Assembly: GCA_029974275.1 (NCBI GenBank)
Contig: JARKSN010000153.1
Location: 1 to 29,608, forward strand
Direction of reading: 5' to 3'
Origin: Candidatus Hydrogenedentota bacterium
Lineage (GTDB): Bacteria > Hydrogenedentota > Hydrogenedentia > Hydrogenedentales > SLHB01
DNA length: 29,608 nt
The first letter of the stretch is position 1. Every line of letters starts with the position of its first letter. Below are positions 10,454-19,697 of this stretch, piece after piece. The position numbers and the translations under genes were made by a program. The notes below the pieces were generated by a model. The model saw only the letters and a list, made by a program, of their open reading frames with translations, was not told the DNA's origin and ran no database searches.

Positions 10454-11062
10454 CTAGCGGGAATAGAAACCGATGATGCCCGCCGTCTCCGCCTTGAACG
10501 GTATGGTTTCCAGATTCGGGGTGGCGGTCATGCGTCCCTCGTACGACTTGGGTGCGCGTTCGAGGTATTCGGGCAAGGCGGGCGGGGGATTTTCCGCCCC
10601 GTCCATGATCATGGGAATTTTACGGCTTTTTTCGCGAATCGCGACCGTCATGCCGGGTTTCACCTGAAACGACGGCTTGTCGACTTTCTCGCCGTCGACC
10701 AGGATGTGGCAATGCGTCACGAGTTGGCGTGCGGCGCGCATGGAATTCGCGAAGCCCAACCGATACACGATCGAATCCAGCCGCGACTCCAGCAGCATCA
10801 ACAGGTTGGTTCCGGTGACGCCACCCATGCGCTGGGCATTCGCGAAGGTGCGGCGCATCTGCCGTTCGAGCAAGCCGTAGTGCATGCGAATTTTCTGTTT
10901 ATCGAGCAGTTGCTGCCCGTACACCGACATTTTCCGCCGCATGTTCTCGCCGTGTTGTCCGGGCGCGAACGGGCGCTTGATGGACGGACATGTCTTGTCG
11001 CCCCAGATGCAACTTCCCAACCGACGGCACAACTTGTGTTTGGGTCCCTTATACCTGGCCAT
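10454..11062 (-). CDS. rpsD: 30S ribosomal protein S4 (stand-alone)
   Basis: MARYKGP, PGQHG, KQKIRMHYG, LLESRLDSIVYRLGFA, ARQLVTH, C-terminal FYSR. Confidence 0.98.
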   Translation of the reverse strand: MARYKGPKHKLCRRLGSCIWGDKTCPSIKRPFAPGQHGENMRRKMSVYGQQLLDKQKIRMHYGLLERQMRRTFANAQRMGGVTGTNLLMLLESRLDSIVYRLGFANSMRAARQLVTHCHILVDGEKVDKPSFQVKPGMTVAIREKSRKIPMIMDGAENPPPALPEYLERAPKSYEGRMTATPNLETIPFKAETAGIIGFYSR

Positions 11063-11183
11063 AACCCTATTGTTTCCCCATCCTTAGCTTGCTGGTTTTC
11101 GGGCCGACGCCGGCCTGATCCCTCGTTCAACAGCACCCTCGCGAACGGGAACAGCGCCCCCGCCGCTCGAACAAAAGCAGGGC

Positions 11184-11212
11184 ACCATAGCGTATTTATG
11201 GGGCAAAGTCAA
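11184..11212 (-). promoter_or_regulatory. Sigma70-type promoter of rpsD
   Basis: TTGACT-17 bp-TATGGT on the minus strand, implying a ~115-nt leader. Confidence 0.7.
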
Positions 11213-11260
11213 CTTTCGCTTCGCGCCGTCGTGAACCCTCCGCGGCACGCGGAAGATTCC

Positions 11261-11289
11261 TGGACAGCGGCGCGGCCCGCTGCTACAAT
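11261..11289 (+). promoter_or_regulatory. Sigma70-type promoter of the helicase gene (divergent from rpsD)
   Basis: TGGACA-17 bp-TACAAT with TGn extension. Confidence 0.7.
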
Positions 11290-11336
11290 CACGCGCTTTT
11301 TTCGATCGGAACGCCTCTGACATCCAGGAAAACTCC

Positions 11337-13415
11337 ATGAGCATGGATTCCCCTTTGTTGCAAGGCTTGAACCCCGAACAGCGCCGGGCTGTCTGCCAAA
11401 CCGACGGGCCCGTCCTGGTGTTGGCGGGCGCCGGCAGCGGCAAGACGCGCGTGATCACGCGGCGCATTGCGCACGTGCTGGCGCGGGGCTTGGCGCGCCC
11501 CTGCGAAATTGCGGCCGTCACCTTCACCAACAAGGCCGCCGAGGAAATGCGCGAGCGCGTGGGCGCGTTGGTGGGCAAGGAACGTGCGGCGGAGATCGCG
11601 ATATCGACGTTTCATTCGTTTTGCGTGCGTGTGCTGCGCGAACACATCGCGCACTTGGGCTACCGGCGCGATTTCACGATCTCGACGGAAAGCGACGCGC
11701 GCGTTCTGATGCGGCGCGTGTTGGAGGACCTCGACGGATCGACGAAGCAGCGTTTCGATGCAGACCTGCTGTTGGGAGCCATCGGATCGTTCAAAAATGC
11801 CGCCCGCAGCCTCGAGGACGCGGCGCCGTCCGTCGCGGACTCCGGCAAGAGCGCGCACTACCGCGAATGGTTTGGCGAGGTGTACGACCGGTATCAGTCG
11901 GCCCTGCGCGCCGCCAACAGTGTGGATTTCGACGATCTGCTCGCGTTGACGCTCCGCTTGTGGCGCACGCATCCGGGGGTTCTGCGTCAATGCCAAGACC
12001 GTTTTCGCTACATCATGGTGGATGAGTTTCAGGACACCAACCGCGTGCAACTCGAACTCGTGAAGGCGTTGGGCGGCAAGCATCGCAACGTGTGCGTGGT
12101 CGGCGACGACGACCAATCCATTTACGGATGGCGCGGGGCCGAACCGCGCAACATCCTGGATTTCGAGCGGGAATTTCCGGGCGCGACGGTGGTGGCCTTG
12201 GAGCAGAATTATCGTTCGACGGAGACCATTTTGAACGCCGCGAATGCGGTCATCGCGCACAACGCAGCGCGGCATCCCAAACGCTTGTGGAGCGCGCTGG
12301 GAAAGGGCCGCGCGATCGACTGGGTTGTCACGGGCGATGACGATCACGAGGCGCAAACGGTCGTGCAGTGGCTCGAAATGGTGCGCCGGAAAACCGGGGC
12401 CGCGTACAAGGACTTCGCCGTTCTGTACCGATCAAACACGCAGTCGCGCCCGATCGAAATCGCGCTCCGTCAGGCAAGCATCCCGTACGTCGTGGTCGGC
12501 GGGCAGGACTTCTTCGAGCGGAGCGAAATCAAGGATGTGGTGTCCTATCTCAAGGCGCTGGCGAACCCGCGCGACGAGGCGTCGTTCCTGCGCATCGTGA
12601 ATGTGCCCCGCCGCGGCATCGGCGACGCCACGCTCCATCGCATCCACGACCTCTGTCGCGAAGAGTCCCTGCCATTCGTGAAGGGCGTGGGCGAGGCGTT
12701 GCGGCGCGGCCTGGTCTCCGCCGAGGCGCGGCATGGCATCCAGGATCTGTTGAGCGCGTTGCGCGACCATCGCGACCGTCTCCGGACGGGAAAGGAGCCT
12801 CTTAGCGTGATCGTCGAATCGTTGTTGGAGCGAATCGCCTATCGCAAGGAGTTGCAGCGGACCTCCAAGACGGACGAGCAGGCGTTTGTGCGGTGGAACA
12901 ATGTCGAGGCGGCGCTCGACGCCATCGCCGAATTTGCGGACAAGAATGCCGGGGCGTCGTTGGGCGCGTTCTTGGACCAGAGCGCGTTGGCGGGCGGCGA
13001 CGACCGGTTCTCGAAGAAGGAGCGCCGGAGTTCGGGCGTTACGTTGATGACGGTCCACAGCGCCAAAGGACTCGAATTCCCGTTCGTTTTTGTCGTGGGG
13101 GCGGAGGAAGGGCTGATGCCGCACGAGAAATGTCTCGGCCCCGAGGGCATCGAAGAGGAACGCCGTCTCTTCTATGTCGCCCTCACCCGCGGCCAACGGC
13201 ATGTGACGCTGTTCGAGGCGTTGTCGCGCGGGCGTCATGGCCGAACCCACCGGACCAAGACGAGCCGGTTCGTGCTCGAAATTCCGGGCGAATGGCTCCA
13301 GCGACGCGAGATGGCCGCAAGCGATGCCGCGCCCGATTGCCCCGACAGCCCGCCTGCGCCCGATCCGCCGCGTCGCTCCGGCAAGACATCCCGCGGACAG
13401 AAAGGAAGATCCTAA
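11337..13415 (+). CDS. UvrD/Rep/PcrA-family ATP-dependent DNA helicase
   Basis: LAGAGSGKT, TFTNKAAEEM, MVDEFQDTN, VGDDDQSIYGWRGA, LEQNYRS, TVHSAKGLEF, EERRLFYVALTR; ends soon after SRF motif (Rep-like, no obvious C-terminal Tudor domain). Confidence 0.96.
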   Translation: MSMDSPLLQGLNPEQRRAVCQTDGPVLVLAGAGSGKTRVITRRIAHVLARGLARPCEIAAVTFTNKAAEEMRERVGALVGKERAAEIAISTFHSFCVRVLREHIAHLGYRRDFTISTESDARVLMRRVLEDLDGSTKQRFDADLLLGAIGSFKNAARSLEDAAPSVADSGKSAHYREWFGEVYDRYQSALRAANSVDFDDLLALTLRLWRTHPGVLRQCQDRFRYIMVDEFQDTNRVQLELVKALGGKHRNVCVVGDDDQSIYGWRGAEPRNILDFEREFPGATVVALEQNYRSTETILNAANAVIAHNAARHPKRLWSALGKGRAIDWVVTGDDDHEAQTVVQWLEMVRRKTGAAYKDFAVLYRSNTQSRPIEIALRQASIPYVVVGGQDFFERSEIKDVVSYLKALANPRDEASFLRIVNVPRRGIGDATLHRIHDLCREESLPFVKGVGEALRRGLVSAEARHGIQDLLSALRDHRDRLRTGKEPLSVIVESLLERIAYRKELQRTSKTDEQAFVRWNNVEAALDAIAEFADKNAGASLGAFLDQSALAGGDDRFSKKERRSSGVTLMTVHSAKGLEFPFVFVVGAEEGLMPHEKCLGPEGIEEERRLFYVALTRGQRHVTLFEALSRGRHGRTHRTKTSRFVLEIPGEWLQRREMAASDAAPDCPDSPPAPDPPRRSGKTSRGQKGRS

Positions 13416-13446
13416 CGGAAACGGTCGACTTGGATTGGTAAAGCCG

Positions 13447-15141
13447 TCACATTCGTTCCAGGGCGTGAATGCCGAGCAAGGCCAGGGCGTTCTCGATCGC
13501 CTGGCGCGTCGCGGCGCAGAGTTGGGCGCGGGCGACGCGCTGCGCCGGGGTGGCGGCGTCGAGCACGGGACATTCGTGGTAGAACGAGGTGAACAGCCGC
13601 GCCGCGTCGAGCGCGAATTGGGCGATGGGCGCGCACGTGCGCTCTTCGAGGGCCATCGCAACGGTCTCGTCGAACGACGCGATCTTGCCGAGCAGGGCCC
13701 ATTCGGCGTCGGTCGCGATCGGAAAATCCGGCGCGATCTCCCGCGGAACCTCGCCGAATTTGCGCAGGATCGACGATATTCTCGCGCAGGAGTACTGGAT
13801 ATATGGCCCGGTGTCGCCGGTGAAAGACAGGCTTGTTTCCCAATCGAAAATGACGTTTTTGTTGGGGCCGACGCGCAGGATGGCGAAACGCACGGCGGCG
13901 ACGGCCACCTTTTCCGCGATGGCCCGGCGTTCTTCGGGCGGCAAGTCGCGGCACTGCTCGTTGACTTTTTCGGCGGCGCGCGCCTGGGCTTCGTCGAGGA
14001 ACTCGGAAAGCAGCACGACTTTGCCCTGGCGTGTGGACATTTTGCCTTCGCGCAGCAGGATGTACGAGTAATACACGGCTTCCGCTGCGGGAAATCCCGC
14101 CGCCTTGAGGATCAACTCGATTTGCTGCGCATAGAGTTTATGGTCTTCGCCCAGGACCATGAGATTGAGATCGGCGGCGCGTTCCATTTTCTCGATGGAA
14201 TAGGCAATATCCCGATAGCCGTACATCGAGCTTCCGTTCGCCCGCATCAGCACGAAATAGCGGCCCTCGGGATGAGCATGCCCTATCTTGCCGAGATCGA
14301 CCACGAGCCGCTTGTCTTCATCGACGAACACGGCGTCTTGGGCGCGCAATGCTTCGAGCACCGAGTCGAGCCGCGGGTCTCGGACAAAATCCGATTCGCG
14401 ATCGAAGCAGTCATACGAGATGCCCAGCCGCGCCAACACCGCGAGCTGCCCCTGCAAGCACAGGTCCGTCACCGCATGAAACTTCTCTTTCGTCGCGGCG
14501 TCGCCTTCTTCCATTTTTGCGAGCAGGGCATACCCCGCCTCGGCGAACTCGGGGTCCGCTTCGGCGCGCTGATTCGCCTGCACATACGCATCGAGCATGC
14601 GATCGAAGGTCATCGAGGCCGGGTCTTCGCACACGAGCACGAGCAGTCCGATCTGGCGGCCCATGTCGTTGACGTAATAATGGACCTCGACGTCATATTC
14701 CTCGAAGCGCAGCAGACGCACCAAGGCGTCGCCGATCATGGCGTTGCGCGCGCGGCCCACATGCGGGCTGGCGTTGGGATTGATGCTGGTATGCTCGATT
14801 AGGGCGCGTTTGCCGCGACCGGAGGCGTTCGAACCGTAACGTGCGCCCTGATCGAACACGGCGGCGACGATGTTTCGGCCCAGCGCGCCTCGATCAAGGC
14901 GGAAGTTGAGATACGGACCCGCCACGAACGCATCGCGCACTTCCGGGCCGAAGGCGGCTTTCTCGGCGATTGCCGCGGCAAGCTGCGGCGGGGCCATCCC
15001 CAGCTTCTTGGCGGCATCAAACGTGCGCAAGGCCAGATCGCCCATGTCGGGCTTGGGCGGCGCCGTATAGACAAGATCGCCAGCGGTCAGCCCCGGGAAG
15101 GCGGCAAGAATCGGCGCGGATATCGACGCATACGTGTTCAC
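13447..15141 (-). CDS. argS: Arginine--tRNA ligase (archaeal/Thermus-like subtype)
   Basis: GPYLNF, EHTSINPNASPHVGRARN, YVNDMGRQ, GKMSTRQG, GDTGPYIQYSCAR, FYHECPVL, LGIHALERM; GTG 15141 preceded by GGGAG. Confidence 0.96.
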   Translation of the reverse strand: MNTYASISAPILAAFPGLTAGDLVYTAPPKPDMGDLALRTFDAAKKLGMAPPQLAAAIAEKAAFGPEVRDAFVAGPYLNFRLDRGALGRNIVAAVFDQGARYGSNASGRGKRALIEHTSINPNASPHVGRARNAMIGDALVRLLRFEEYDVEVHYYVNDMGRQIGLLVLVCEDPASMTFDRMLDAYVQANQRAEADPEFAEAGYALLAKMEEGDAATKEKFHAVTDLCLQGQLAVLARLGISYDCFDRESDFVRDPRLDSVLEALRAQDAVFVDEDKRLVVDLGKIGHAHPEGRYFVLMRANGSSMYGYRDIAYSIEKMERAADLNLMVLGEDHKLYAQQIELILKAAGFPAAEAVYYSYILLREGKMSTRQGKVVLLSEFLDEAQARAAEKVNEQCRDLPPEERRAIAEKVAVAAVRFAILRVGPNKNVIFDWETSLSFTGDTGPYIQYSCARISSILRKFGEVPREIAPDFPIATDAEWALLGKIASFDETVAMALEERTCAPIAQFALDAARLFTSFYHECPVLDAATPAQRVARAQLCAATRQAIENALALLGIHALERM

Positions 15142-15353
15142 GAGTGGTGTATCTCCCTGCCCGGCGCTGGCCGCGCGCGAGACTTTCCTCGCCGACGCCG
15201 GCGCCCTGCCGCGGCGCGCCCCAGCCAAAGCCCGCCGCATTTCCAAAAACAAGAGGACCGAGGAGTATCATATCGGACAGGGCGATGTAAAGACGCCGGC
15301 GCGCGAGAGAAGCGCAGAGAGCATCGGTCCATCGGGCCGAAGCGATCGATCGC

Positions 15354-15382
15354 TTGACCCAGCCGCGTGGCGCCCTTATACT
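15354..15382 (+). promoter_or_regulatory. Sigma70-type promoter of the symporter operon
   Basis: TTGACC-17 bp-TATACT. Confidence 0.75.
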
Positions 15383-15456
15383 CCTCGCGGGGGACATGCC
15401 AAACGGGAAAAAGGCGATACGTCCACATGTTCATCGCAACCTCGGAGGGCCGCATC

Positions 15457-15630
15457 ATGTTGGGAATTCAGGACAAATGGGTGTTTTTGGCGTATGTGTT
15501 GATGGTGGGCAGCGCGTTGCTGTGCGTGATCTACGGAGCCCTGACGTGGAACAAGGGCGACGAACCCATCAAGCCCGAGGATATTCATTGGGCAAAGGAA
15601 GAGAAAGAGGAAATCGAAGAGGCGCTCTAG
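15457..15630 (+). CDS. Small single-pass membrane protein, sodium:solute symporter accessory type (57 aa)
   Basis: MLGIQDKWVFLAYVL...LCVIYGALTWNKG then acidic tail; GGAGG RBS at 15444-15448; directly upstream of an SSS gene. Confidence 0.85.
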   Translation: MLGIQDKWVFLAYVLMVGSALLCVIYGALTWNKGDEPIKPEDIHWAKEEKEEIEEAL

Positions 15631-15759
15631 GGGCGCGCATTCTCCCGAACAACGATGCGTTTTGAGAAGGAACGGCGAAAAAACAACCAGAACATCCTGG
15701 GGGAAAAAGCCAAAGAGAGCCAGCAGTAGGGGGGTTCCTCTGGCCGGAGGGCAAGGGAA

Positions 15760-17676
15760 ATGGATCTGCTGACCATTGTATTAGTCATTGCGTATCTTTT
15801 GTTGACGGCCTATCTCGGATTTAGGGGCTACCGCCAAACCAAAACCGCCGCAGACTATCTCGTCGCCGGGCGCCAAGCGCATCCCGTCATCATGGCGTTG
15901 TCGTATGGCGCGACGTTCATCAGCACTTCGGCCATCGTCGGTTTTGGCGGAGTCGCCGCCAATTTCGGCATGGGCCTCCTCTGGCTCACGGTCTTGAACA
16001 TCTTCGTGGGCATTTTCATCGCCTTCGTCTTTTTCGGCGGGCGCGCGCGCCGCATGGGCCATCACCTGGACGTGCACACTTTCCCCGAGTTTCTCGGAAA
16101 GCGTTTCGATAGCAAGTTCCTGCACATTTTCTCGGCGCTTGTCATCTTCGTGTTCATGCCGCTGTATGCCATGGCCGTCATGAAGGGCGGCGCGGAGTTC
16201 ATCGCGACGGCCTTCCACGTCAGCCCCGACATTGCGCTCTACATCTTCGCGCTTATCGTGGCGGCCTACGTCATCCCCGGAGGACTCAAAGGCGTCATGC
16301 TGACAGACGCCCTCCAGGCCGTCATCATGATTTTCGGCATGACCATCCTCGTGATCGGCTGCTACGCCGAACTCGGCGGCATTGTCGCGGCGCACCAGGC
16401 GTTGACGGACATGGGCGGCAGCGTTCCCAAGCCCCTTCAAGCGATGGGACATCAGGGCTGGACCTCCATGCCGCTATTCGGCTGGTCCAGCGTTCCCATG
16501 CCGGGCCCGGCGGCGCCGCGTCCCCCCGATCAATACGACCTTTGGTGGATCATGGTCAGCACCATCATCATGGGCGTGGGCATCGGCGTGTTGGCTCAGC
16601 CCCAGCTCATCGTGCGCTTCATGACGGTCAAATCCCAGCAGGCTCTCAATCGGGCCGTCCCCGTAGGCGGCGTATTCATCCTTCTCATGACCGGCGTCGC
16701 GTTCACGATCGGCGCCCTGTCCAACGTCTACTTCGCGCAAAAAGAGGCCATCGTCTGCCAAATCCTGGATGAAAAGGCCATGTTCGATCCCGGCCCCGAC
16801 GGAAAGGCCAAGCTCAAGCCGGTCGACGCGAACGCCCCGGAGGACGTGAAGGCCCGCGCCAAGGCGTTTGTTAGTTACCGGCTGCCTTGGGAGAGCGCCG
16901 CCACGCTTCCCCACTATGTTCTCGCGACGCCCGCGATGAAAATCGAACGGGGCGCGGGACCGAACGGACTCGACATCGTGCGGCCCGGTCTCATCTCGAT
17001 CGCGCGCAGCGTCACCAACGCCACCGCGATGCAAGGCAACGTGGACAGCATCGTTCCCACGTACGTGGCGAGCGCCATGCCTCGCTGGTTTGGCGTGGTG
17101 TTTCTGTTGGCCTTGCTTTCGGCGGCCATGAGCACCTTGTCGAGCCAGTTCCACACCATCGGAACGGCGATCGGTCGCGACGTGTGCGAGCAATTCACCC
17201 ATAAACACACCAAGGGCAGCATCACCGTCACCCGTCTGGGCGTTGGCGTCGGTCTCATCGTGGCGCTCGTGCTGGGCAAAATCGCGGGCGACAACATCAT
17301 CGCCATCGCCACGGCGGTGTTCTTCGGCATGTGCGCCGCGTCGTTCCTGCCGGTCTTCATTGCCGGCCTGTTCTGGAAACGCATGAGTCGCGCCGCGGCC
17401 ATCTCGTCGGTATTGGTCGGATTCGCCGTCAGCACATTCTGGCTTCTCTTCGTCAACGGCAAGACCGCCGGAGGCGTCGGCATCTGCAAGGCCCTTTTTG
17501 GCAAGGCGACGCTGGTGCCCGAAGGATGGAGCGTGACGTGGAGCAATGTCGATCCGTTGTTCATCGGATTGCCCATCTCCGCCATTGTCATCGTCGCGGT
17601 CGGGCTTCTCGCGAAGCCAATGAATCCGGCGCATGCCCACTACTGTTTCGGGGGGCCAAAGCCGGGCGAGAAATAA
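15760..17676 (+). CDS. Sodium:solute symporter (SSS) family protein
   Basis: DYLVAGR, ALSYGATFISTSAIVGFGG, GGLKGVMLTDALQ, QPQLIVRFM, LSAAMSTLSS, GLFWKR; many hydrophobic helices. Confidence 0.95.
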   Translation: MDLLTIVLVIAYLLLTAYLGFRGYRQTKTAADYLVAGRQAHPVIMALSYGATFISTSAIVGFGGVAANFGMGLLWLTVLNIFVGIFIAFVFFGGRARRMGHHLDVHTFPEFLGKRFDSKFLHIFSALVIFVFMPLYAMAVMKGGAEFIATAFHVSPDIALYIFALIVAAYVIPGGLKGVMLTDALQAVIMIFGMTILVIGCYAELGGIVAAHQALTDMGGSVPKPLQAMGHQGWTSMPLFGWSSVPMPGPAAPRPPDQYDLWWIMVSTIIMGVGIGVLAQPQLIVRFMTVKSQQALNRAVPVGGVFILLMTGVAFTIGALSNVYFAQKEAIVCQILDEKAMFDPGPDGKAKLKPVDANAPEDVKARAKAFVSYRLPWESAATLPHYVLATPAMKIERGAGPNGLDIVRPGLISIARSVTNATAMQGNVDSIVPTYVASAMPRWFGVVFLLALLSAAMSTLSSQFHTIGTAIGRDVCEQFTHKHTKGSITVTRLGVGVGLIVALVLGKIAGDNIIAIATAVFFGMCAASFLPVFIAGLFWKRMSRAAAISSVLVGFAVSTFWLLFVNGKTAGGVGICKALFGKATLVPEGWSVTWSNVDPLFIGLPISAIVIVAVGLLAKPMNPAHAHYCFGGPKPGEK

Positions 17677-17718
17677 CGAAGCGCAAACGCGTTTCGCCAG
17701 AGCAACAGCGTGATTGGT

Positions 17719-17751
17719 TTTGCGCAGGAGGGACCGCACCTCCTGCGCAAA
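17719..17751. terminator. Strong hairpin between convergent genes (probable bidirectional terminator or REP-like element)
   Basis: Perfect 13-bp stem TTTGCGCAGGAGG / CCTCCTGCGCAAA with 7-nt loop, followed by CGGTTTTT. Confidence 0.6.
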
Positions 17752-17849
17752 CGGTTTTTGGACCGCCATGGCCGCATGCTCCATGCGCAGGCCCTGTTGT
17801 AAGGGCATTCTCGCAGGCATGCCGGCGACAAGTCGCGCCTCGAGGCTGC

Positions 17850-19652
17850 TTATTCCTTCGTGCCCGTCAGGCTGATGCCCTGGATGAAGTAGCGTTGGAC
17901 GAAGAAGAAGAGGGCGATGATGGGGAGGGTCATGAGGAAGGCGCCGGCCATCATGAGGCCGACGTCGCCGCCGCTGCGGAGGTTGAATTTAAACAGCCCG
18001 AGCGCAAGCGGGAAGAGGCGTTCGTCGTTGACAAAAATGAGCGGGCCCATGAAATTGTTCCAACTGCCCATGAAGGTGAAGATCGCGATCGTGGCAATCG
18101 TCGGCTTCACGAGCGGCAACATGACGTGCCAGTAGACGCGCAGGAATCCGCAGCCGTCCATCCGGGCGGCCTCTTCGAGGTCCCTGGGGACGTTCTTGAG
18201 GAATTGGCGGACCAGAAAAATAAAGAACGCGGACCCGAACGCGGACGGCGCCCAGATCGGCAAGAGGGTGTTGTACCAGCCGAGGTGGCGCATCACGAGG
18301 AAACTGGGGATCATCGTGACTTGCGGCGGGATCATCATCGTGGCGAGCAGAATGCCGAAACAAAGGTCGCGTCCGGGCCAATCGAGCCGCGCGAACGCAT
18401 AGCCCGATAGCGTGCACGAGAAAATCGCCAGCAAAATCGTGAGGATCGCCAGCGAGAAACTGGTCATGACGTAATGCGCGTAGGGCACTTCGTTGAAGGC
18501 GAGGCGATAGTTGCGCAAGAGTTTGGCCGCCCATGCGCCCACGGGGGTGTTTGGGGTGAGGCTGACCGTGACGGAAAACGGCGGCGACCCGGCGGGCGCG
18601 GGACCGGCAGGCTCGAGGACCATGAACGTCCGGCGAGCATAGGGGTCGGCGTCGTCCTGCGGCCAGATGAGTTCCTGCTCGAACCAGTCGCGCTCGTAAA
18701 GATATGCGGCGTCGCGCGTGCGATACATCTGGCCGTCGCGAATGACGCTGAATGCGATGCGCGCCCACGCCGCATCGCCCCGAAACGACACATACAAGCG
18801 TTTGATGTCTCCGGGTTTCAGGCCCGGTCCGGCAAGGTCGGGCGCGAGGAAAAAGGAGGCCGGGTCCTGGCTGCGCGAGAAATCGAGCCGCGCTTCTTGC
18901 AGGGGCTGGCCTTTTTCGCTGCGCGGCGCGAGTGCGGCAAGGCCGGACTCGGCGGTCTCCCATTCGTTGCCGGAGTAGAAAGGAACGTTCCGGTAATCTT
19001 GCGTCAGAACGCGCATCAGGCCGAGACAGAACCTCCGGTAGCATTGGTCGAAGACGTCGCGCAACGTGTCTTCGTTGATTAGCGTCTTCGCGTTGTCGCA
19101 CACGGCCTGCTTGCCGGCGTTCACGGCTTCCGGACTGAGCGCGGTCGCCAATTCGGAGATTCCCGTGTCGACGCGTCCCGCCGCTTCGCGCAGACGCCGT
19201 TCTTCGGCGATGGCTGTTTGCCGGGCGTCGTCGCTGAGCTGGGTCGAAAGGCGTTCGAACAAGCCATTGATCATCGCCTCGCGGTAGACGTCGGCATCGG
19301 GAATGGCCGGCGGCGCGCTATTCTCCGACGCGCCGACGGTTTCAGGCTTCCACGCGGCGACCACCGCTTCGAGATAGGCGCGCAACTCCGGCTCGCACGC
19401 CGCCCACACGTCTTTGGGCACGCCGTCCGGGCGCTGGGGCGCGTCGAATTCGCGCGCATCGACATACGGCGAAACGTCCTGCGTGTACGCGTTCTGCGGC
19501 AACAGTTGGATGCGATCGATCGCCATTTCGCGCGGCGCCTTCGCGCTGGTGCTCAGCATCCAGACAAATGGAAACGCAAACACCGCGCATCCCGCCATAA
19601 GAATCGCATGGGTAAGGATGCGTTCAAAAGCGGATAGAGATTTCAGCGCCAC
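17850..19652 (-). CDS. Carbohydrate ABC transporter permease (MalG-like) with large extracytoplasmic insertion
   Basis: FPFVWMLSTSAK, GYAFARL, VPRDLEEAARMDG, QRYFIQGISLTG; GTG 19652 preceded by GGAGGGG (ATG 19670 is an alternative). Confidence 0.9.
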   Translation of the reverse strand: MALKSLSAFERILTHAILMAGCAVFAFPFVWMLSTSAKAPREMAIDRIQLLPQNAYTQDVSPYVDAREFDAPQRPDGVPKDVWAACEPELRAYLEAVVAAWKPETVGASENSAPPAIPDADVYREAMINGLFERLSTQLSDDARQTAIAEERRLREAAGRVDTGISELATALSPEAVNAGKQAVCDNAKTLINEDTLRDVFDQCYRRFCLGLMRVLTQDYRNVPFYSGNEWETAESGLAALAPRSEKGQPLQEARLDFSRSQDPASFFLAPDLAGPGLKPGDIKRLYVSFRGDAAWARIAFSVIRDGQMYRTRDAAYLYERDWFEQELIWPQDDADPYARRTFMVLEPAGPAPAGSPPFSVTVSLTPNTPVGAWAAKLLRNYRLAFNEVPYAHYVMTSFSLAILTILLAIFSCTLSGYAFARLDWPGRDLCFGILLATMMIPPQVTMIPSFLVMRHLGWYNTLLPIWAPSAFGSAFFIFLVRQFLKNVPRDLEEAARMDGCGFLRVYWHVMLPLVKPTIATIAIFTFMGSWNNFMGPLIFVNDERLFPLALGLFKFNLRSGGDVGLMMAGAFLMTLPIIALFFFVQRYFIQGISLTGTKE

Positions 19653-19697
19653 CGGTTCCCCTCCGTGCATACGCAACGCGCAATTGCTTCTTCGATA

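Noticed and set aside
15142..15300. T-box leader upstream of argS
   Set aside because: No AAGGTGGTACC-like T-box or terminator hairpin seen; only a weak TTTACA-16-GATACT promoter candidate at 15264-15291
15631..15759. Purine-rich spacer with a 24-codon ORF (15655-15729) or possible riboswitch before the symporter
   Set aside because: No RBS for the ORF and no recognisable aptamer consensus
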